DNA of 58,764 nucleotides from Candidatus Bilamarchaeaceae archaeon (GTDB lineage: Archaea > Micrarchaeota > Micrarchaeia > Anstonellales > Bilamarchaeaceae): positions 15,934-74,697 of the forward strand of contig JAVZJR010000001.1 of assembly GCA_038870635.1 (NCBI GenBank). The letters are read 5' to 3'. A model generated the notes under the pieces. The model worked only from the letters and a program-made list of their open reading frames with translations. It was not told the origin of the DNA and did not search any database. The position numbers and the translations under genes were made by a program. The first letter of the stretch is position 1. Every line of letters starts with the position of its first letter. Positions 29,490 through 38,784 of the stretch are shown here, in pieces.

Positions 29490-29942
29490 CTAAACTTTTT
29501 CTATCTTTACTACGGCTGTATTTGTCTGAGAATCATATATGTTGGATATTTTCAATCTCGTCCAACCATAGCTCGGTTCTTTTACTAAAGTGCCATCACC
29601 TGTTGATATAACGTGGTATTTTACTACTTCAGCAAAATCTTTTTCTCCACTAGGAGTGACTGCTTTTAATTGAACTTCAGCAGCGCCGCCAACATTTTTT
29701 ACTCTAAAATATTTCGTGCCTCCTGGGATATAAACGTCGCTATAAACAATAGTGTTTGCGCCTAAGCTTCCCACTGAATTTATTAGATAAGCTGTCCTGA
29801 AAGTTGCTATTTGAGCCTGGTAGGCCGCCATTTCTCTCTGAGCTTCATCAGCCTTGGTATAAACAAAAACAAGCAAAGGAATAAAAATAACGAAAATAAC
29901 TGCTATGATAACCATTAACTCGGTACTTACCTGTCCTTTCAC
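29490..29942 (-). CDS. Pilin-like protein with class III signal peptide
   Basis: KG/QVSTE + hydrophobic helix; GTGA overlap with the upstream gene. Confidence 0.8.
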   Translation of the reverse strand: MKGQVSTELMVIIAVIFVIFIPLLVFVYTKADEAQREMAAYQAQIATFRTAYLINSVGSLGANTIVYSDVYIPGGTKYFRVKNVGGAAEVQLKAVTPSGEKDFAEVVKYHVISTGDGTLVKEPSYGWTRLKISNIYDSQTNTAVVKIEKV

Positions 29943-31042
29943 TCCATCACCTTTGAACGAGTTCTCACTTTTCGACTTTTCTCTATTGTTTTCTTTCTAC
30001 CAAGTACTTTTTTAAGTTCAGAAGCTGCGATATTAATAGCGTCTTCTAGCGATGGTCCTTCAGCCGAAACTACAAATTTCTCCTTGCCCTCTACGTGCAG
30101 TTTAACAGAATAGAAAGATTTGGTACTTTTGACGTGTACTTTCACTCTCTCTATACCATAACTTTCCCTAAATTTTTCTGCGATTTTTTCTATTGTACCT
30201 TTTATTTCGTCATGCAACATTTTTGTTTCAGCGTCAAGACCACTGACAGTAACCTCTACCTTTTCTTCTAACTTTTGCTTAACCCATTTAAATATGTCCA
30301 ATGCAGAAAGAACGCCGATGGGTTTCGCATCCTTATCAGAGATTATGATTATATGTGATATTTCTTTTTGTATCATTAATCGTGCGGCTTCTTTTACAGT
30401 GCTCCTTTCGCTCATTGTTATTGTTGTTGGCCGATAGAAAAACGCAAGAGGTTGATCGTCTATGGATTTTTTGGCAACAACACCGCGCATCATATGTGTA
30501 GTTTCTTTTGGTTTAATCGCAAGACCTGCCAAGTCAAGACTGGAGAATACGCCTACAGGTTTGCCTTTTTTTGTCACAACAAGTTTTTTTGCATCATACT
30601 CTTTCATCTTACGTTTTGCTTCACCTATGGTACTGTTCTCATCTATTGTATAAACAGGACTGCTCATAAGGTTTTTTACATTTATATCTGGGACTATATC
30701 TAAAGCCAACAATTCCTTGAGAACTTCAACACGGGTGATTATACCTAATGGCTTTTGATTTTTGTCGATAACAGGAAGTGCTTTAAAACGGCCAAGCAAA
30801 AAAGCCTCTGTCCTTTCAAAAATATTAGAATCTTCAGATATCACAGGTGGTTTCACTACGACAGTTTCACACTTAACTTTAGCAGGGTCTGCTCCTGCGA
30901 CTCGCAAATTCCTGTCATCAATCAAACCATAATACTTCCCATTTTTTGATATTATAACCGCAGTGTTACTATCCAAAATACTTCCAAGGGCTTTAGAAAG
31001 TGGCTCACTTCCATCTAAAACAACGGCTTGTTTTATTTCCAT
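29939..31042 (-). CDS. Tandem CBS-domain protein with C-terminal HPF/RaiA-like domain
   Basis: Four CBS-like repeats (e.g. LPVID...LGIITRVEV, MSSPVYTI), then VEVTVSGL...VKVHVK...YSVKLHV...VVSAEG.SLEDAINIAASELKKVL. Confidence 0.7.
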   Translation of the reverse strand: MEIKQAVVLDGSEPLSKALGSILDSNTAVIISKNGKYYGLIDDRNLRVAGADPAKVKCETVVVKPPVISEDSNIFERTEAFLLGRFKALPVIDKNQKPLGIITRVEVLKELLALDIVPDINVKNLMSSPVYTIDENSTIGEAKRKMKEYDAKKLVVTKKGKPVGVFSSLDLAGLAIKPKETTHMMRGVVAKKSIDDQPLAFFYRPTTITMSERSTVKEAARLMIQKEISHIIIISDKDAKPIGVLSALDIFKWVKQKLEEKVEVTVSGLDAETKMLHDEIKGTIEKIAEKFRESYGIERVKVHVKSTKSFYSVKLHVEGKEKFVVSAEGPSLEDAINIAASELKKVLGRKKTIEKSRKVRTRSKVME

Positions 31043-31105
31043 CCCATCTACCTCCTTCTTAAATAGAACACAAAATATATAAACAAGTTAGATTATTAAA
31101 TAAAT

Positions 31106-31801
31106 ATGGCGCACCCTTTGGCAAACATCTCTTACTTTGAGCGAATAGTAGTAAAACCAACATGGAAAGAGATATTACTAGATTTAATAGCGCAAAATAA
31201 GATAGACCCCTGGAACGTCGATATAGTAAAACTAGCAGATGAATTTTTAAATAGAGTAAAGGAATTGAAAACGCTTGATTTAGGATTGCATGCAAATGTT
31301 ATTCTGGCAGCGGCGATACTTTTGAAATACAAAAGCGATTATCTAAAATATTTCTCAGCCCCCCCTGTTATTGCTGAAGTACAAGAAGTACAAGAAATAA
31401 TAGATACATCGTTAATTGAAACACAACTTTCTTTAGTTGGAAGACTCCCACCCAAAAGACAAATAACAATGGACGAGTTAATTGCTGAAATGGAAAAAGT
31501 AATAAAATATGAAACAAATGAGATTAAAAGAATGCCAAAAGGTGCGATAACAAAAACAATAGATCTTGTATTAGATTTAGAAGATATAGAAAAATTAAAA
31601 GAAGAAATGTTAAGTAGAGTAAAAAATAACATAGATGAAAGTGGATTTGCAACTTTTTCTTCCATCTTAAGAGAAAAAACAAGAATGGAAATAATACAAG
31701 TACTAATATCTCTTCTACATTTAGCACAAGAAAAAAGAGTATCTATTTACCAAGAGAAACTTTTTGGCGAAATATTAATAGCGATAATAGAAGAAAAATA
31801 A
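31106..31801 (+). CDS. scpA: Segregation and condensation protein A (kleisin)
   Basis: KIDPWNVDIVKLADEFL, AAILLKYKS and LLHLAQE...IYQEKLFGEI motifs. Confidence 0.9.
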   Translation: MAHPLANISYFERIVVKPTWKEILLDLIAQNKIDPWNVDIVKLADEFLNRVKELKTLDLGLHANVILAAAILLKYKSDYLKYFSAPPVIAEVQEVQEIIDTSLIETQLSLVGRLPPKRQITMDELIAEMEKVIKYETNEIKRMPKGAITKTIDLVLDLEDIEKLKEEMLSRVKNNIDESGFATFSSILREKTRMEIIQVLISLLHLAQEKRVSIYQEKLFGEILIAIIEEK

Positions 31802-31817
31802 GAAAAAGTAAAAAGAA

Positions 31818-32201
31818 CTAACTTATTAAAGTTGCTCCACTGCTTGGCTTCTTTTTTGACTTTACAATTTTTACATTAGTAGGAGTTAAAATTAAAAGGC
31901 CACTCTCTTTAGATATTAAGGAAATATCGCCGTTTATTTTTGTCGCATTGTTCTTTAATTTTGCGATTATTCCCTTAAGTCTATTTGGCTGCTTAGAGAT
32001 TGGCATAACATTAAGAATAATGATATTCTTTTCGCTCAACTCCTTTATAACTAAATCTGCATCTCCTTCATTTCTAAGATCAATCCTCTTAATATAAAAG
32101 TCAGCTGGCGGATTAACCACATCTCCTTCTTCATTCATCAATTCCTCTAAATTTGGTGTCTCACTCTTCTCTTTCCCAAAAATTTTATCGAATAGACCCA
32201 T
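31818..32201 (-). CDS. sepF: Cell division protein SepF (archaeal)
   Basis: Amphipathic N-terminus MGLFDKIFG, NIIILNV, INGDI and ILTPTNVKI; ATG 32201 with GGTGA SD. Confidence 0.85.
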   Translation of the reverse strand: MGLFDKIFGKEKSETPNLEELMNEEGDVVNPPADFYIKRIDLRNEGDADLVIKELSEKNIIILNVMPISKQPNRLKGIIAKLKNNATKINGDISLISKESGLLILTPTNVKIVKSKKKPSSGATLIS

Positions 32202-32289
32202 ATGGTCACCTTCTTTGTGCATGTTTTTTGTTCATTATTTAACATAATATATTTTAAACCATTTGCTTTTTGCAAAATTTAAAAAAAAA

Positions 32290-32757
32290 CTAACGATAAA
32301 GGTAAATATCAAAAGTTGCGATAGTGGTTTTTCCGTTGCTATCAACAATCGAACCGATCCTTCGTATTTTTACAACTTCTGTATTTTGAGGAGGATTATC
32401 GCCGAATTTTTTAAGTGTTGACCCGCCTACCACTTCAGTGACCACTAGCTGCATGTTATACGGAGTCGCAAATTTTGATTTTAAATTTTCAGTGTTTGTT
32501 GGCAAAGCGTTCATAAATGAAGCGTTAACTCTTCTATCGCTTGATGATATTATAATACCAGAAGGATAAGGAGAAAAAAGGGTGGCGGATATTCTCATCG
32601 CTTCTTTAGTCATATCGCCACCTTGAAATTCTAAAAAAGTTCGAACAGAGTGCCAATAGCTTAGCAGCATCACAACTGCCATCATAAAAATTACTGAAGC
32701 AATAATTGCATCAAAACTAAAATATTGACCTTTCCTAAACATATTCATCCTCCTCAT
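32290..32757 (-). CDS. Pilin-like protein with class III signal peptide
   Basis: RKG/QYFSFD + hydrophobic helix; true start may be a few codons later. Confidence 0.75.
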   Translation of the reverse strand: MRRMNMFRKGQYFSFDAIIASVIFMMAVVMLLSYWHSVRTFLEFQGGDMTKEAMRISATLFSPYPSGIIISSSDRRVNASFMNALPTNTENLKSKFATPYNMQLVVTEVVGGSTLKKFGDNPPQNTEVVKIRRIGSIVDSNGKTTIATFDIYLYR

Positions 32758-33188
32758 CTATTACTGATAACTAAACCATTTTCAGTATTGTTTAATATAA
32801 GCAAGTTTGAGCATTTATCGCTCGAAAGTACTCCATTCTTTATACAACCATCATAAGAATAGCTATAAGTTGGCAAAGAGTAATAGTAATTAAAACTTCC
32901 ATACTCATTTGTCCACTCCATCACCATTGCGTTAGTTTTAAAAGTTATGTTGTACGGATAACCATAAATTGTTTTTGGGAAATAATAATAATAAGTAAAG
33001 CCAGGGCCGGCCCGCACTGCAAGAGAAATAGCATCAGCAATGTTGTAACCAACGCCAACTGCAACTTTATTTTTTTGTGAAGGTAACTCACTTCTTTGTG
33101 TATAATCAACCATTACAAAAGCAACGATGGCGATAAACATAAAGAGAGTGATGTAAAGAAAAAACTCAGTAGCAGATTGGCCTTTCAT
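32754..33188 (-). CDS. Pilin-like protein with class III signal peptide
   Basis: MKG/QSATEF + hydrophobic helix. Confidence 0.8.
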   Translation of the reverse strand: MKGQSATEFFLYITLFMFIAIVAFVMVDYTQRSELPSQKNKVAVGVGYNIADAISLAVRAGPGFTYYYYFPKTIYGYPYNITFKTNAMVMEWTNEYGSFNYYYSLPTYSYSYDGCIKNGVLSSDKCSNLLILNNTENGLVISNR

Positions 33189-33599
33189 CTAAGAAACCTC
33201 CGTGACAGAAACTTTTCCATCTTTGTTGTAGACAAGCAACTGGAAGAGACCGCTTCTTTTTATAACCTTCTGCTGATCAATAGATGCGAAAATAGGAGCA
33301 CTAGCAGTGTAAAACCCTTTGCTAGTCTTTATAGAAATAGTAACCTCTTTGTTTCCTATGTTGATGCTCTCAGTGTTAGGGGGAGTGCTTAAAAGCATTA
33401 TACGACTTGCTCCGCTACCTTGCGCATAAACAAGATTTAGGGTTTCTGCAAGTGAGCGAGCGGCTGCATCTGCTTGCGCAAGAGTACTGTCCTCGTATCC
33501 TAACTGACTTATAGAGAAAAGTAAAAGTACAACTGGAATAGTAAATAAGAGCACAACGCCCAAAGTCACAAAAAACTCAGCTGCAATCTGTCCTTTCAT
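33189..33599 (-). CDS. Pilin-like protein with class III signal peptide
   Basis: MKG/QIAAEF + hydrophobic helix. Confidence 0.8.
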   Translation of the reverse strand: MKGQIAAEFFVTLGVVLLFTIPVVLLLFSISQLGYEDSTLAQADAAARSLAETLNLVYAQGSGASRIMLLSTPPNTESINIGNKEVTISIKTSKGFYTASAPIFASIDQQKVIKRSGLFQLLVYNKDGKVSVTEVS

Positions 33600-35137
33600 T
33601 ATTCACACCTCGCTCCACCATTATTGCAACTTACTGTATCAGCTCCATACTCCTTTACAGAATCTTCACTTAAACCAAATTTTCCTGTTGAAGGATCACT
33701 ACTGCATATTCCTTCACTCTTACAACCTGTTTCGCCTCGAACAAGCACTGTGGTATCGCTTTTTCCAAACATCTCGCGATCAAGCGCGCTTCCTTTTGTA
33801 AAATCAAATGTATTCTCTCCGCTTGCGTACTCACCTATAATAAATGTTTCAATACCATAAGTGCTGTTAAGCGAATAAGCATCTCTAAAAAATCTTTGTA
33901 AATAGGATGGTGCTTTGTCGCTTAAAACATAATAACCACACATCGTAAAGTCTCGCAATTTCTCTATGTCAAAAACACCAGCGCCATCTTTTTTATATTT
34001 TAATTCAGGATTATTAGAAACTTCAAATGGAGAAGCACCTCCAATAATTAAAGCGCATAGTGATTCTTTTTTCTCAACTAAATTATAGCAAGTCGGTAAA
34101 GAAATAGAAGAAGAAACAATAACAAATGGTTTCGAAGTTCGGGTGGCGTCATCTATAGAAGGTTCGCACTTAGCGCCTTCGTATTTTATTGCGTTGAAAG
34201 TATCTTTTTCACTTGTTTTAGTAGTGCCAGCAACAGTACACGTTCCCGCAGACGAAGGAGTATTTGTTACCATATAAGCACTGAAATTCTCGTATCCCTC
34301 AAAATTTACTATTTCATTATAACTTCCCTTCAAAATATATAGATGTCTGTATTGAGAGGGTATTAAAGATGCATCATTAACATTAACAACATATCCATAA
34401 AACCAACCTTGGCCCCCTCTAACATCAGCAATTTTACTTGCGCTCATATCGCTTGGGCTTGAATAAGGACCAAAAAAGAACCTCCTGTAAATCTTTGTTC
34501 CTTTCTTTCCGCTTTCTCTTGCTATTGCCGGATCAATATAGCCAGTGATGTTAACAAAACCTTTCACATCATAATCGCGAGTTAGCGTTGTAGTACCTGT
34601 TTTATCACGCATACTCAAAGACATTTTTATTGAGTAGTTTAAACCATCAAATCTTTCTTGCCAAACCTTAAAATCAGAAACAACAAAATTATCAATAAAA
34701 ACGCCGGTGCCTTCAAGCGAGCGATTGAGTGCCATTACCCAACCACCAAAAGATGATTGTGGTTTTGAAAATGAGATGGCACCATCGAAATTGGTTTCAG
34801 ATGGAGTCCCATTTACAAAGTATTCATTAATCGCTTTTTTAACATATTTCTCCCTATCCCCCTCTGGACCCTTTTTTAAAGGAGTATCAATGGATACTAT
34901 ACTGAGATCGTATACTGCTCTTTGCATTACCATATCTGCAACCTTACCTACTTTTTCAGGTGAGAGTTCAGTAACTGCAAGTTCCACATTTGACTCCTTG
35001 TATATTTCTGCGTATGCTTTTTCAGATGTTTCTAATCCCTTCACCCAAACACTCAAAGACATAATTATGTATGAAAGAATAAGAAAAACTGAAAGAACGA
35101 AAAAAAATCCTTTTCTGTCTTTTGTCATCATAATCAC
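33599..35137 (-). CDS. Large pilin-like / adhesin protein with class III-like signal peptide
   Basis: RKG/FFF + hydrophobic helix, then a ~480-aa Cys-containing domain. Confidence 0.7.
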   Translation of the reverse strand: MIMMTKDRKGFFFVLSVFLILSYIIMSLSVWVKGLETSEKAYAEIYKESNVELAVTELSPEKVGKVADMVMQRAVYDLSIVSIDTPLKKGPEGDREKYVKKAINEYFVNGTPSETNFDGAISFSKPQSSFGGWVMALNRSLEGTGVFIDNFVVSDFKVWQERFDGLNYSIKMSLSMRDKTGTTTLTRDYDVKGFVNITGYIDPAIARESGKKGTKIYRRFFFGPYSSPSDMSASKIADVRGGQGWFYGYVVNVNDASLIPSQYRHLYILKGSYNEIVNFEGYENFSAYMVTNTPSSAGTCTVAGTTKTSEKDTFNAIKYEGAKCEPSIDDATRTSKPFVIVSSSISLPTCYNLVEKKESLCALIIGGASPFEVSNNPELKYKKDGAGVFDIEKLRDFTMCGYYVLSDKAPSYLQRFFRDAYSLNSTYGIETFIIGEYASGENTFDFTKGSALDREMFGKSDTTVLVRGETGCKSEGICSSDPSTGKFGLSEDSVKEYGADTVSCNNGGARCE

Positions 35138-35746
35138 CTATATAAAAACTGTAAGACGAACAAGTGTGGAATTAACCGCAGGTGCAATCTTAGAATCATC
35201 TGGAGGCAAAAGCTCGGCATTACCACAAGTGATAACTCTTTTTTCAGATGCACCAATGTCCTTGCAACTATTATATAGGTAGGGGTTACCAGTCTGGTAT
35301 AAATAATCGCTTTGACTAAACAAACCTATATTTGTTATTGTAGTAGATGCTTGGAGTTTCTTCATTGATTTTGCATGAGGATCACTTGCAACTAAAGAAG
35401 TATCATATATAACAACCCATTCATCTCCAGATTTCTTTTCTAATTTATAACCAAATTGATTAGGAATAGATTTTCCAATACTTTGCTGGACCACGCTATT
35501 AATTATCGGTGAAGAAGAATCAGCAGAAACTATCAAGTCAAGTACAGAACCACTGCAATCTTTTATGAGCACGCTACATGGAGTTGAAGCCGACGAAATT
35601 AAAGCATCACGCGAAAGGTAGTGTGCCTGTGTAAGGACAAAGTAGTAAGCAGATGGAACACTTGAAAAGAATATCAATGTGTAGACTGCAACAAGAGCCA
35701 ATATAAATGCCACAAAAGCATCTAAAGAAAAAATAAAACCTCTCAT
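35138..35746 (-). CDS. Pilin-like protein with class III signal peptide
   Basis: MRG/FIFSLD + hydrophobic helix; first gene of the operon. Confidence 0.75.
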   Translation of the reverse strand: MRGFIFSLDAFVAFILALVAVYTLIFFSSVPSAYYFVLTQAHYLSRDALISSASTPCSVLIKDCSGSVLDLIVSADSSSPIINSVVQQSIGKSIPNQFGYKLEKKSGDEWVVIYDTSLVASDPHAKSMKKLQASTTITNIGLFSQSDYLYQTGNPYLYNSCKDIGASEKRVITCGNAELLPPDDSKIAPAVNSTLVRLTVFI

Positions 35747-35955
35747 GAAATTACTTTGTTATGCACCTTTTAAAAATCCTGCGTATTCCTAAAAATTTTG
35801 CGATTAACTCTGAATAATATTTAATCTTAGTTTGGAAAACATACTAAAAGTACAAAAAGATATAAAAAACATATAAAAAAACACAAAATTTATATATAAT
35901 AAGAGTAATATATCACTAATGCTAATAGCAGAATTAAGTATATTAGAATTAAAAA

Positions 35956-36465
35956 ATGGGGCGGGAAGATATGCCAAAGGGATATGATGATTTAGATATT
36001 GCGATAATGAGAGAGTTGCGGGATAATGCTAAAATATCATACAAGAAACTTGCAGAAAAACTAAAAACCCATCCAAACACTTTAATGCAAAGAATAAAAA
36101 AATTAGAAAAAGATGGAGTCATAAGAAAATACAGCGTAGACATAGATTATCGCAAAATCGGCCTTGGTTTAAGAGCAATTATTTTACTTAGAATAAAAGG
36201 AATAAATATAGTAAAAGCAAAAGAAGAAGGCGAAACAGATTTTAGTGCGATACTTAAAATGCCGCAAGTTGTTTCGCTATACGGAATAACCGGCCCATAC
36301 GACGCAATAGTTTTGGTAGAAGTAAAAGACATAAAAGATTTAACCGAGACAATAGGAAAGATACAAAGCACTCCTGGAGTTACAAGAACGTCAACTTTCA
36401 TCATCCTAACTACATATAAACACAGTACAGATTATAATCCTTTTAAATATGAAGGAAACAGATGA
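35956..36465 (+). CDS. Lrp/AsnC family transcriptional regulator
   Basis: DDLDIAIMREL...ISYKKLAEKL...RIKKLEKDGVI HTH; ITGPYD RAM domain. Confidence 0.93.
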   Translation: MGREDMPKGYDDLDIAIMRELRDNAKISYKKLAEKLKTHPNTLMQRIKKLEKDGVIRKYSVDIDYRKIGLGLRAIILLRIKGINIVKAKEEGETDFSAILKMPQVVSLYGITGPYDAIVLVEVKDIKDLTETIGKIQSTPGVTRTSTFIILTTYKHSTDYNPFKYEGNR

Positions 36466-37431
36466 CTAAGTTTTAATTTCATTTTCTTTTTTCTCAGATT
36501 CTCGATAAATCTTCTCTGCAGTTCTTAGAAATACGCTATGAACATCATCAATTGGCGTTGTACCTTCGCCCACAATAACAAGACGACCGTTTCTTATCCT
36601 CTTTATTTCAGTTTCTGTTTCATTTTTACCGAAAGGATCAAACAGTGTCTTAAAAAGTAGAGCAACCAAAGGATCGCTTTCACTTTCTAAAGTAAATCTC
36701 GATGGGTCTTCACCTATGACAATCATTCTTCCTCCTATTTTAAGATAATCGTGCAGAATTGTTAAAACTTTGTTTTTTGCCTCTATTCCACGGATAACAT
36801 CCAAAACTTGAGAAACAATAGCAACATCAACAGAATTAAGTGAAAGATTTATTTGTTGGCGTTTATTATCATCTAAAAAATCAACAGAAAAAGAAAACAA
36901 GTCAACAATAACTAGATTATCGTCCTTATGATTTAATAGTTTTAATCTTTTTTTAGCAAGTGCAATCATATTCTCGGCGATGTCATTTATGTACAAGACA
37001 ACCTCTAATTTTCTTTTTGTTTTTTCATAATAATAATTTGCCATTGTTTTGAGGAGGTTTATGGTGACATCACCGTTGCCTACAAATGGCTCAAAAACAA
37101 TTAAAGGAGAATTTTTGTTGTTGAGGGCCCTCTTTTTATCTAAAAAGTAGGATGGGAAAAAAGAATCGACCTCTTTTCCTAAAAGAATTTTTATAGCATT
37201 CGTATGTTTTTGCATCATTTTTCCATAAGCATCGTCTACCGCCCATAGATTAAAAAGTAAACGGGCGCGCTCAGAGATATCAAGTTCCTTTAGGCTCTTA
37301 GTTATTTCCTCCTCTTTTCTTTTTACTCTTTTGAAATCTTTGTGCCATTTTAGTATCTCGTCTTTTAATTTTTTGCTCCTTATATTTTTTTCTTGGTCTT
37401 GATTAAAAATCTGTGACAGAATCATAAGCAT
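36466..37431 (-). CDS. Class I SAM-dependent methyltransferase-like protein
   Basis: VFEPFVGNG (motif I-like), INDIAENMI, SVDVAIVSQVL and LKIGGRMIV. Confidence 0.65.
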   Translation of the reverse strand: MLMILSQIFNQDQEKNIRSKKLKDEILKWHKDFKRVKRKEEEITKSLKELDISERARLLFNLWAVDDAYGKMMQKHTNAIKILLGKEVDSFFPSYFLDKKRALNNKNSPLIVFEPFVGNGDVTINLLKTMANYYYEKTKRKLEVVLYINDIAENMIALAKKRLKLLNHKDDNLVIVDLFSFSVDFLDDNKRQQINLSLNSVDVAIVSQVLDVIRGIEAKNKVLTILHDYLKIGGRMIVIGEDPSRFTLESESDPLVALLFKTLFDPFGKNETETEIKRIRNGRLVIVGEGTTPIDDVHSVFLRTAEKIYRESEKKENEIKT

Positions 37432-37590
37432 CTAATTTATTTATTGCAAGAAGCCTTTTTAAATCCTACCATAAGATTATACGTCTAACGACGCATAAAA
37501 TATTATAACTCTCAAACTTCTAATATTATTACGACGAAAAATAAAAAAATATGCAATTGTTTTAAAATGCTTGCAATAAAAAATTTTGGT

Positions 37591-38784
37591 ATGACTTCTT
37601 TTGAAAAATTTTTAGGTTCAAGCACAATATTCCAAAACATATCTGTTCTATCCCCGCATTATATACCTAAGACCCTTCCCTACAGAGAGAAACTAATGGA
37701 AGAAATAATGATGCATATTGCTCCAACTCTTAAAAACCAAAGAAGTAGGAATATATTAATATATGGAAAAACCGGAACAGGAAAGACATGCTCAATAAAA
37801 AAAATAATGGAAGAATTTGAACGAATACCAAGTAAAACAAAGATGCATTATCTTAATTGCCGGGTGTATAATTCAAAGTACAGAGTTCTCCAAAAAATTA
37901 TGAAAGAATACTATCCTGAATTAGAGAAAGCAGGTTTTGGTTTACCTTTTATATATGAAAAACTAATAGAAACAATGAAACAAAATGCGTATATTATAAC
38001 GGTGTTGGATGAAATTGATATGGTAAAGGACCTTGACGATTTAATATATACGCTCACACGTGCAAATGACGAAGCAGGTAATGGTGGTATAAGTATAATA
38101 GGTATATCCAACAAATTATCATTCAAAGAAAACCTTGACCCTCGTAGTAAAAGTAGTCTTAATGAGATAGAAATCGTCTTTCCTCCATATACGTCAGAAC
38201 AACTTCAGAAGATATTAGAACAAAGAGTAAACGAAGGTTTTAAACCAGGTGTGGTGCAACAATCAGCAATAAATCTCGCTGCTGCCATAACCGCCCAGGA
38301 AAGTGGTGATGCAAGATACGCTCTTAAACTTTTAATGCGAGCTGGGGAGATTGCAGAAAAACAACAAAAAACCATCGTTGACGATAGTGATGTTGAAGAA
38401 GCAAGAAAACAAGTAGAAACTGACCTAATATCAGAAGTTGTAAATACTTTACCAGAAATGCATAAGATAACGCTCTATGCGATAGCGAAACTTTCGCTTA
38501 ATGGAAGTAAGTATTCAAGATTGGATGGTATAAGCGAAGGTTTTCTGATGTCAGGCGAGGTTTATGAAGAATATGAATATTGCTGCAAAAGATTACATAA
38601 AAAACCACGAAGCCTCAGATGGTATAAAGAATACCTTAATGATTTAGAAATGCTTGGCTTAATAATAACCACACCAAGCAGCAAAGGAATAAGAGGACAA
38701 ACGACGTTGATAAAACTTGGACACCCTGCAGAAAGCGTACATAAAATAACAAAAAGCGTTTTATTCGATGGTGAAGGTGAATGA
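37591..38784 (+). CDS. cdc6: Orc1/Cdc6 replication initiation protein
   Basis: LSPHYIP..LPYRE, GKTGTGKT, LDEID, FPPY, SGDAR and C-terminal wHTH; start at ATG 37591 (37567 possible). Confidence 0.95.
   Translation: MTSFEKFLGSSTIFQNISVLSPHYIPKTLPYREKLMEEIMMHIAPTLKNQRSRNILIYGKTGTGKTCSIKKIMEEFERIPSKTKMHYLNCRVYNSKYRVLQKIMKEYYPELEKAGFGLPFIYEKLIETMKQNAYIITVLDEIDMVKDLDDLIYTLTRANDEAGNGGISIIGISNKLSFKENLDPRSKSSLNEIEIVFPPYTSEQLQKILEQRVNEGFKPGVVQQSAINLAAAITAQESGDARYALKLLMRAGEIAEKQQKTIVDDSDVEEARKQVETDLISEVVNTLPEMHKITLYAIAKLSLNGSKYSRLDGISEGFLMSGEVYEEYEYCCKRLHKKPRSLRWYKEYLNDLEMLGLIITTPSSKGIRGQTTLIKLGHPAESVHKITKSVLFDGEGE

Noticed and set aside
37432-37590. Canonical oriC next to cdc6
   Set aside because: Only ~160 nt, with no ORB consensus or G-string recognisable; a divergent origin cannot be excluded.
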